Origin: Chitinophagaceae bacterium
GTDB taxonomy: Bacteria > Bacteroidota > Bacteroidia > Chitinophagales > JADJOU01
Direction: 5' to 3'
Assembly (NCBI GenBank): GCA_017495115.1
Contig: JAFEIJ010000015.1
Location: forward strand, 3,553-67,552
Length of the DNA stretch: 64,000 nt
A program made the translations under genes and the position numbers. Positions 57,435 to 64,000 of this stretch are shown here, in pieces; the first letter of the stretch is position 1, and each line of letters opens with the position of its first letter. The notes under the pieces were generated by a model, which was not told the DNA's origin, searched no databases, and was given only the letters and a program-made list of their open reading frames with translations.

Positions 57435-57914
57435 ATGAGTTCTAAAAAAATAGCCATAGTAATGGGAAGTGATAGTGATTGGCCAATTATGCAACAAGCG
57501 GCTGATTTTATTGACGCTATGCAAATAGAATATGAAGCAAAAGTAGTATCAGCGCATCGTACGCCTGAATTCATGTTTGAATTTGCAAAAAATGCACATC
57601 AAAATTATGATGTTATTATAGCCGGTGCTGGTGGTGCGGCGCATTTGCCTGGAATGATTGCTTCATTAACGCATTTACCTGTCATTGGAGTTCCTATCAA
57701 ATCAAGTAATTCCATAGATGGTTGGGATAGCTTGCTTTCAATTTTACAAATGCCGAATGGCGTTCCTGTTGCTACTGTGGCTTTAAATGCCGCTAAAAAT
57801 GCAGGAATTCTAGCTTGTCAAATTTTAGCTTTAAATAATACAGCACTTTCAGAAAAATTGATTGCTTATAAAAATGAAATGAAAGCTAGTGTTTTAGAAA
57901 AGAAACTTTCTTAG
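57435..57914 (+). CDS. purE: 5-(carboxyamino)imidazole ribonucleotide mutase
   Basis: IAIVMGSDSDWP.M, VSAHRTP, AGGAAHLPGM and GVPV motifs. The true ATG is at 57435. The ORF-track 57300 extension overlaps the 3' end of the SBP gene. Confidence 0.9.
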   Translation: MSSKKIAIVMGSDSDWPIMQQAADFIDAMQIEYEAKVVSAHRTPEFMFEFAKNAHQNYDVIIAGAGGAAHLPGMIASLTHLPVIGVPIKSSNSIDGWDSLLSILQMPNGVPVATVALNAAKNAGILACQILALNNTALSEKLIAYKNEMKASVLEKKLS

Positions 57915-57923
57915 TATCATAAT

Positions 57924-59096
57924 ATGCAATACCAAAAAGGCAAAAAAGTACTTTTTATTGCAAAAAAAATTCCTTGGTCGAATAATGGTGGTGAATCTAT
58001 TGTAATTCATAAAGATATGGATTTTTTTCATCAAAAAGGTTTCGAAATCTTTTTTTTTGGAATTAATACCAAAAAGCATTTTGTAAAAGATGTTTCTCAC
58101 AATATTCCAAATTATATTAAGTCCTATGAATCTGAATTTATAAATACATTTTCTTTTTTTAGATTAATTTATTTATTCATTTTTAAAAATAAAACTTGGT
58201 ATTTAGATCGCTTTTACTCGTTAAAAATTCACCAAAAACTCAATGAATTTATTTCCATAAACAATTTTGATATCATTGTTTATGAAGGCTTACCATGTAC
58301 ATTGTATCAAAATCATTTTTCTGGAAAGTTGATCTATAGAGCCCATAACGTAGAAAATTTACTATGGAAAACGAAAAAGGATTTTTTATATAATATGTCA
58401 AACCCAATATTAAAAAAAGTATTCTACTTTTTTTATAAAAATATTGAACAGCTTCTAAATAATTATGAAAATACGTATTTAAACAATTTTGATTTAATAG
58501 CTACATTAAGCAACGTAGACGCTAATTACTTTAATAATTATTATCAAAATGTAAAAACATTACCCATTTTTATTGGTGATTCCATTTTAGCAAAACGAAA
58601 CGTGGAACCAAAATTAAAACTTGTTATATTAGGAAGCATGGATTGGCAACCCAATTTAGAAGGCACTAAATGGTTTTTAAAAAATGTTTGGAACGAATTA
58701 AATCATGAACTTTTTGAGTTAACCATAGCTGGAAAAGGAGCATTTAAAATTTTTAAAAATGAGACAACTTTAAATTTTAATGAACATTGGCAAAATTTTG
58801 AAGAAATAAAACGTCAAAATGACATTTTAATTGTTCCTTTATTTTCAGGCGGAGGCATTCGAATTAAAATCCTTGAAGCGATTCAATATCAATTACCAAT
58901 AATTTCTACAAAAAAAGGAATTGAAGGTATAGAAGTGAATACTTCGATTTCAATTGCGGATTCAAAAGATGAATTTAAAGAAATATTAAATACTTTAGAA
59001 CAAAATAGAAATCAACTCATAGAAATACAAGAGAAAATGTTAGATTTACATTTGAATTTTAAAGAAAATAGTTTGAAACTGGAAACATGGATATAA
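57924..59096 (+). CDS. glycosyltransferase (GT4-like)
   Basis: 390-aa GT-B architecture with a C-terminal GGG.R.K.LEA....P..ST..G.EG motif. Confidence 0.65.
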   Translation: MQYQKGKKVLFIAKKIPWSNNGGESIVIHKDMDFFHQKGFEIFFFGINTKKHFVKDVSHNIPNYIKSYESEFINTFSFFRLIYLFIFKNKTWYLDRFYSLKIHQKLNEFISINNFDIIVYEGLPCTLYQNHFSGKLIYRAHNVENLLWKTKKDFLYNMSNPILKKVFYFFYKNIEQLLNNYENTYLNNFDLIATLSNVDANYFNNYYQNVKTLPIFIGDSILAKRNVEPKLKLVILGSMDWQPNLEGTKWFLKNVWNELNHELFELTIAGKGAFKIFKNETTLNFNEHWQNFEEIKRQNDILIVPLFSGGGIRIKILEAIQYQLPIISTKKGIEGIEVNTSISIADSKDEFKEILNTLEQNRNQLIEIQEKMLDLHLNFKENSLKLETWI

Positions 59097-59569
59097 AATT
59101 TAGAGAAATTCAATTAAATGAATTCGATGCGTTATTTGATATAGCTTCAAAAATTTGGCATGATCATTATACTGAAGTGATTGGAAAAGAACAAGTAAAT
59201 TATATGCTTGATACCATCTATGATAAAAAAAGTTTAGAAGATAGTATACATAAAGGACAAGTCTATTTTTTTATTTTACAAAATGACAAAAAAATTGGAT
59301 TCTTCAGTATAACAAATGAAAATGAGTTGTGGTTAAACAAGTTATATGTAAATACAGACTTGCAAGGTCAAGGAATCGGAAAAATAGTTTTGGATTATAT
59401 TAATAACTCGATGCAACCAGACATAATAAAACTTACTGTAAATCGACAAAACTTCAAATCAATTAATTTTTATTTTAAAAATGGTTTTAAAATAGAAAAG
59501 GTTGAAGATTTTGATATTGGAAATGGATACTGGATGAATGATTTTATAATGGTAAAAAAAAATAATTAA
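59087..59569 (+). CDS. GNAT family N-acetyltransferase
   Basis: LYV....QGQGIGK (acetyl-CoA binding Q/RxxGxG/A) and F.YFKNGF motifs. Overlaps the GT gene by 10 nt. Confidence 0.7.
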   Translation: MDIKFREIQLNEFDALFDIASKIWHDHYTEVIGKEQVNYMLDTIYDKKSLEDSIHKGQVYFFILQNDKKIGFFSITNENELWLNKLYVNTDLQGQGIGKIVLDYINNSMQPDIIKLTVNRQNFKSINFYFKNGFKIEKVEDFDIGNGYWMNDFIMVKKNN

Positions 59570-59611
59570 TTCGTTTTTAGAAATAATAAATATTTTTTTT
59601 CAAAAAACAAC

Positions 59612-59619
59612 TAACTTTG
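59612..59619 (+). promoter_or_regulatory. -7 box TAACTTTG (small lipoprotein / korB)
   Basis: 8 nt before ATG 59628, which implies a near-leaderless transcript. Confidence 0.4.
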
Positions 59620-59627
59620 TAACAGAT

Positions 59628-59762
59628 ATGAGATTAAAGAAATTATTAATAGGAATGGTATTAACTACAATTTTATTGTCAAGTTGTAGTGTGTTTCGCA
59701 AAAAATGTAACTGCCCAAAAGTAAGTCAAGAAAAAAAACAAATTGAAAAAGTTTATGGCTAA
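59628..59762 (+). CDS. small lipoprotein candidate (44 aa; not in the ORF track)
   Basis: My own translation is MRLKKLLIGMVLTTILLSSCSVFRKKCNCPKVSQEKKQIEKVYG*. It has a lipobox LLSSC. A TAACTTTG box lies 8 nt upstream. Its stop overlaps the korB start (ATGGCTAA). Confidence 0.35.
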   Translation: MRLKKLLIGMVLTTILLSSCSVFRKKCNCPKVSQEKKQIEKVYG

Positions 59763-60741
59763 TATGCAATACCAAGCAAAAGATTTTTCAAGCGAAGCAG
59801 AGATAAGATGGTGTCCTGGTTGTGGCGACTATATTATTTTAAAACAATTACAAATGGCATTGGCTAAATCAGGTTCTATTCCGCACCAAACTGCTGTTAT
59901 TTCTGGAATTGGATGTTCCTCGAGGTTACCGTATTATATGAATACTTATGGTTTTCATACGATTCATGGACGCGCATTACCCATAGCCACAGGATTAAAA
60001 AAGACAAAACCCGAACTTGAAGTTTGGGTAGCAACTGGCGATGGGGATTCATTATCAATAGGAACGAATCATTTTGTTCATTGCTTGAGAAGAGATATTG
60101 ATATCAATATTATTTTATTTAACAATAAGATTTACGGTTTAACAAAAGGGCAATATTCTCCGACTTCTGATTTGGGACAATATTCAAAATCAACACCACA
60201 AGGTAGTGAAGAAGCTCCGTTAAATGTAATGGAATTAGCATTGGCTTCAGGAGCTAAATTTATTGCTAGAAGTGCGGATCGTTTTGCCAGTCATTTACAA
60301 GAAGTTTTTATAAAAAGTAAAAATCATTATGGAACATCTTTTGTAGAAGTTTTACAAAATTGTCCCATTTTTAATGACGGAATATTTGATATCTATACCC
60401 AAAAAGACCAATCTAAAAATAATATAATTTTCCTAGAAGAAGGAAGTCCAATTGTTTTTGGAGATAACAACGACTTAACGATTGTTATTGAAAACTTAAA
60501 ACCAAAAATAACAAAATTATCCGAAGTTTGTGAAGAAAATTTATGGATTCATGAAAAAGAAAATAAACAAAAAGCATTGATTTTGTCACAATTAGGCTTT
60601 GAAGAATTTTCAAATTTCCCTTTACCTTTTGGCATTATTTTTGAAAAAAATGAAAAAAAATCTAAAATGAGCACAAAAGCTCAACTTAATGATTTTCAAT
60701 TAATTAACGTAATAAAAAGCCGTTCATTTGAAATTTCATAA
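59755..60741 (+). CDS. korB: 2-oxoacid:ferredoxin oxidoreductase subunit beta
   Basis: RWCPGCGDY, GIGCSSR and the GDGD..SIG TPP-binding motif. Start taken at ATG 59755 (MANMQYQ). Confidence 0.85.
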   Translation: MANMQYQAKDFSSEAEIRWCPGCGDYIILKQLQMALAKSGSIPHQTAVISGIGCSSRLPYYMNTYGFHTIHGRALPIATGLKKTKPELEVWVATGDGDSLSIGTNHFVHCLRRDIDINIILFNNKIYGLTKGQYSPTSDLGQYSKSTPQGSEEAPLNVMELALASGAKFIARSADRFASHLQEVFIKSKNHYGTSFVEVLQNCPIFNDGIFDIYTQKDQSKNNIIFLEEGSPIVFGDNNDLTIVIENLKPKITKLSEVCEENLWIHEKENKQKALILSQLGFEEFSNFPLPFGIIFEKNEKKSKMSTKAQLNDFQLINVIKSRSFEIS

Positions 60742-60772
60742 AATTTTTTAATGTGAAATAAATTAAAAAAAG

Positions 60773-60780
60773 TACCTTTG
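60773..60780 (+). promoter_or_regulatory. -7 box TACCTTTG (ompA-family gene)
   Basis: 44 nt before ATG 60825. Confidence 0.45.
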
Positions 60781-60824
60781 CCACTATAATTAATTAAATC
60801 ATTTTAAGTAAATAAATTTTATTT

Positions 60825-62540
60825 ATGAAAAAAACATTATTCTTATTAATCATATCGTTTTCTACGATTTCGATATTTTCACAGAAAAAAGTTGAAGCTC
60901 CAGCTGAAACAGTAAAAAAAGTTGAAGCTCCAGTTGTTTCTAAGCCCATTTCAATCGCTCCAGTAAGTGACGGTATTTTCGCACCAAAAGAATCCAATCC
61001 TTTTGAAATTGGTATTTCTGGTGGATTACATACTATTTGGGGTGATATCAGTTCAAGAGTTGGTCTTAATTTAGATAATTCTACTTTTGGTTTTCATATC
61101 CGTAAAGCACTAAGTCATCATTTTTCAATGAGACTTCAATATAATTATGGAAATGCGACCATGAAACATGAAGCACCAAGATACTCAGGTGTTGGTAATT
61201 TTATTGGTGGATTAGCCAATCCAGGCCAATCATTATGGTTTGCTTCTTCTCAAGCATACTCACATATGTTTGCTTTAGATCAAATCTTTACTTTAGGAAA
61301 CAATTCTGTTTACCGTTCTCATCCTAAAGTTATTTTTGATTTATTTGTTGGTCCTGCGTTAGTGATGTACACCACTAAATTAGATTTAAAAGATGGAAGT
61401 GGCGCACAATACAATTGGTCAGCTGCAGAAAGTATTTTTCAAAGTGCTATAACAAGTGATCCAGTTAATGGATATACAAAAGGAGTTTCTGATGTGTCTC
61501 GATGGATGGATAATACTCTTGATAATAATTATGAAACGTATGCTACAAATAATGGATTTAAAGTTAAATTATTTGATATGGCAGTAATTCCTGCAGTTAC
61601 TTTTGGTGCTGGAGCTGCGGTTCGTATTTCAGACAAGTTTAACTTAGGTATCGAGCAACGTTTTGTATATTTATTTGATGATTACATAGACGGTGAGCGT
61701 TTTAATGGAGGAAGTTCTAGTTCAGGAGATTTATCTCAGAACAATGATATGATTTTAAATACAACGGTTAAGTTAAACTATAATTTAGCTAAAAAAGGTA
61801 CCAATGCATTACCTAAATATTGGAAAAACGAAAATGACTATATTTACAGAAAAGTTGCAGGTGCGGACAATAAAAAAATCCTTAACGAAGCATTTGCTGA
61901 TAGTGACGGAGATGGCGTTCCAAATCGTTTAGATCAAGAAGAAGATAGTAGAACGGGTTGTCCTGTAGATACTAGAGGTGTAATGTTAGATAGCGATAAA
62001 GATGGTATTTTAGACTGTGATGATGTTGAACCATATTCTCCTGCTGGCTACCCAGTAGATAGCAAAGGTAAAGCAATTGTTCCTCCTCCTGCTTGTTGTG
62101 AAGAAATGAAAAACATGGTTCCTAAAGAACAAACAAACACAACAAATCCAGCATGTGCTGAAACATCAATTCCATCAGTAAAATTTGCTAAGAATAAATA
62201 TGGAATTAGTCCTGAAATTGCAAATTCATTAAAAACTATTGGTGAAAAAATGCAAAATTGCCCTGATATGCGCTTGGTTGTTGCTGGAGTTAATGATAGA
62301 AACTCTAACAATGGTAAATTAAACGAACAATTATCATACAATAGAGCGAATGAAGTAGTAAATCATTTAACTGAAAAATTTGGTATTACAAGAGATCGAT
62401 TTATTGTTAAATTTAATCAAGATGGATTAGGTGATAAAGAAGCTGACAGAGCCGTTATGTTTAGACATGCTCAAAATGGAGAGTCGGGCAACAGTAACCC
62501 GCCTTCACCACATCCTGGATTAAATGCAGGTTCAAAATAA
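60825..62540 (+). CDS. OmpA family outer membrane protein with thrombospondin type 3 repeats
   Basis: Signal peptide and beta-barrel region. DSDGDGVPNRLD / DSDKDGILD are TSP3 Ca-binding repeats. C-terminal OmpA-like domain (N..LSYNRANEVVN.L). A terminator follows. Confidence 0.85.
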   Translation: MKKTLFLLIISFSTISIFSQKKVEAPAETVKKVEAPVVSKPISIAPVSDGIFAPKESNPFEIGISGGLHTIWGDISSRVGLNLDNSTFGFHIRKALSHHFSMRLQYNYGNATMKHEAPRYSGVGNFIGGLANPGQSLWFASSQAYSHMFALDQIFTLGNNSVYRSHPKVIFDLFVGPALVMYTTKLDLKDGSGAQYNWSAAESIFQSAITSDPVNGYTKGVSDVSRWMDNTLDNNYETYATNNGFKVKLFDMAVIPAVTFGAGAAVRISDKFNLGIEQRFVYLFDDYIDGERFNGGSSSSGDLSQNNDMILNTTVKLNYNLAKKGTNALPKYWKNENDYIYRKVAGADNKKILNEAFADSDGDGVPNRLDQEEDSRTGCPVDTRGVMLDSDKDGILDCDDVEPYSPAGYPVDSKGKAIVPPPACCEEMKNMVPKEQTNTTNPACAETSIPSVKFAKNKYGISPEIANSLKTIGEKMQNCPDMRLVVAGVNDRNSNNGKLNEQLSYNRANEVVNHLTEKFGITRDRFIVKFNQDGLGDKEADRAVMFRHAQNGESGNSNPPSPHPGLNAGSK

Positions 62541-62549
62541 GATTTAATT

Positions 62550-62583
62550 AAAAAAGACTCAGAATATTCTGAGTCTTTTTTTT
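62550..62583 (+). terminator. rho-independent terminator of the OmpA-family gene
   Basis: Perfect palindrome GACTCAGAAT/ATTCTGAGTC (62556-62575) followed by T8 (62576-62583). Confidence 0.8.
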
Positions 62584-62603
62584 GTCAAAATAAATTCGAT
62601 TTT

Positions 62604-62984
62604 ATGAAGTTTTTTTTAAGCATTGCGGCAATATATGGTTTTTTTGGAATACTATTAGGCGCCGTTGGTGCTCATGCACTTAAAGGGAAAATAAGTCCTA
62701 ATGAATTTAACAATTATAGAATTGGCGTTGAATATTTATTTTTCCATATAGCACCATTACTTTATTTATCCCATCAAAATAAATCATTATTGAAATTACT
62801 TTCCGGAATTTGTTTTTCTATTGGGATTTTATTTTTTAGCGGATCCAATTTTATTTTGCCTTCACAGCCGGTACATTTGTTAAATGTTTCTTTTTTAAAA
62901 CCTATAACTCCTGTAGGTGGTATATTAATGATGGCAGGTTGGTTTTTATTATTTTTTGATTCCTTTAAGAAAGCTTCAAAATAG
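62604..62984 (+). CDS. DUF423 (YgdD/TMEM256) membrane protein
   Basis: 126 aa with 4 TM helices and the GA.GAHALK motif. Confidence 0.7.
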   Translation: MKFFLSIAAIYGFFGILLGAVGAHALKGKISPNEFNNYRIGVEYLFFHIAPLLYLSHQNKSLLKLLSGICFSIGILFFSGSNFILPSQPVHLLNVSFLKPITPVGGILMMAGWFLLFFDSFKKASK

Positions 62985-62986
62985 TT

Positions 62987-63637
62987 TTATTCAAAAAGTA
63001 AACTACCAATACGCACCATATTACTTCCGGATTCAATAGCTAATTGATAATCACCACTCATCCCCATTGATAATACGTTAAGGGACGAATTATTTTTAGA
63101 TAATTGGTCATACAAATGTTTCAGACTTTTAAATTCTTCACGAATTTTACTTTGATCATCTGTAAAACTTGCCATTCCCATGAGCCCTACAATTTTTGAA
63201 TACTTAAGATTTAATTTTTCGATATCAAAAAAAACATTTTCAAAAGAAGTTAAATCAAAACCATATTTTTGTTCTTCATCAGAAATATGAACCTGAAGGA
63301 GAATTGAAATATCTTTATGTATTTTAGCGGCTTGTTTTTCAATTTCTAAGAGTAATTCTAATGAATCTACAGAGTGAATCATATTAACAAAAGGAAGTAA
63401 TTTAGATACTTTATTCTTTTGTAAATGCCCAATCATATGCCATTCTATATTTTCGGGTAACAAAGGTGCTTTTCTTAATATTTCTTGCACTTTATTCTCT
63501 CCCATTTTCCGTTGTCCATAGTTATAAAGTGCATTTACATCTTCGATACTTCTATATTTAGTTACTGCAACTAATTGTGAATTATTTTTTTCAAAATCAG
63601 CAATTAATTGTTTATAAACGTTGTGATTTACTGGCAT
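62987..63637 (-). CDS. yggS: YggS family pyridoxal phosphate homeostasis protein
   Basis: AVTKY (PLP Lys), GENKVQE, WHMIGHLQ.NK, LSMGMSGDY and VRIG motifs. Confidence 0.9.
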   Translation of the reverse strand: MPVNHNVYKQLIADFEKNNSQLVAVTKYRSIEDVNALYNYGQRKMGENKVQEILRKAPLLPENIEWHMIGHLQKNKVSKLLPFVNMIHSVDSLELLLEIEKQAAKIHKDISILLQVHISDEEQKYGFDLTSFENVFFDIEKLNLKYSKIVGLMGMASFTDDQSKIREEFKSLKHLYDQLSKNNSSLNVLSMGMSGDYQLAIESGSNMVRIGSLLFE

Positions 63638-63642
63638 TTTTG

Positions 63643-63650
63643 TACTTTTG
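63643..63650 (+). promoter_or_regulatory. -7 box TACTTTTG (small lipoprotein gene)
   Basis: 15 nt before ATG 63666. Confidence 0.5.
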
Positions 63651-63665
63651 TATTTTAAATAGAAT

Positions 63666-63977
63666 ATGCAAAAATATCTTTTTTTAATTTATATTATTGT
63701 TTTAAATACAAGTTGTAGTAATTCTAAAAACGAAGAAAAAGCGTTTGTTGAAATTCTTTGCAAAATTCATGAATGTGAGGCGTATCAAGAGATAAAACTT
63801 GAAAATAAAGACTCTATTTTTTTATCAAGCTGTATAGAATCAATTTTTGTTGAAAACAAAAAATATGATAAAAATAAATTTGTTGAAATGTTAAAAACCT
63901 ATCAACAAAATGGAAAAGAATATGAAATTATTTATGATTCTTTAATAAATAAACTATCTATTAAAGAAAATTTGTAA
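63666..63977 (+). CDS. small lipoprotein (hypothetical, possibly DUF4296-like)
   Basis: Lipobox LNTSC. 103 aa. A TACTTTTG box lies 15 nt upstream. Confidence 0.4.
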   Translation: MQKYLFLIYIIVLNTSCSNSKNEEKAFVEILCKIHECEAYQEIKLENKDSIFLSSCIESIFVENKKYDKNKFVEMLKTYQQNGKEYEIIYDSLINKLSIKENL

Positions 63978-64000
63978 ATAAATCATAAAGTTAAGCAAAA

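Noticed and set aside
1-64000. I looked for CRISPR arrays, tRNA/rRNA/tmRNA genes, integrase/transposase/reverse-transcriptase ORFs, and an HsdR-type helicase.
   Set aside because: I saw no regularly spaced direct repeats of 25-40 nt, no cloverleaf-like GC-rich 75-nt segments in intergenic regions, and no ORF with recombinase, DDE, RT or SF2 helicase motifs. This was by eye only; tRNAscan/Infernal would be decisive.

Overview
This window is an AT-rich chromosomal segment, about 30% G+C by eye, from a Bacteroidota (Flavobacteriia-like) bacterium. The phylum call rests on three things: TAnnTTTG -7 promoter boxes in front of many genes, T9SS type A and type B C-terminal sorting domains, and a long-form PurF with bamD-rpoZ-coaC synteny. 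I support about 57 CDS. Most are housekeeping genes (pruA, miaA, dapA, accA, purF, rplS, dtd, der, rpoZ, mutS2, serS, purE, korB, yggS and others), plus one 2202-aa T9SS adhesin. I saw no rRNA, tRNA, CRISPR array, integrase, transposase or reverse transcriptase.

Two accessory patches stand out.

(1) 38.4-46.1 kb holds four same-strand genes wedged between mutS2 and serS:
- a GmrSD-like DUF262/DUF1524 nuclease;
- a 505-aa protein of unknown family with a C-terminal HEPN-like Rx5H motif;
- an N6-adenine methyltransferase carrying an N-terminal PD-(D/E)xK (HSDR_N-like) domain;
- a two-TRD HsdS.
There is no HsdR in the window. Each gene unit is followed by a homologous GC-rich imperfect palindrome with AAC...GTT ends, which looks like an integron attC site. 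I read this as a defence locus with cassette-like organisation, and it is the best candidate for something undescribed.

(2) 27.9-29.9 kb holds GC-rich structured repeats, G6 and G8 tracts, a degenerate heptad tandem repeat, a Cys-rich secreted ORF and a ParE/RelE-type toxin-antitoxin pair.

All calls come from reading the translated ORFs and the sequence by eye. No searches or computations were run.
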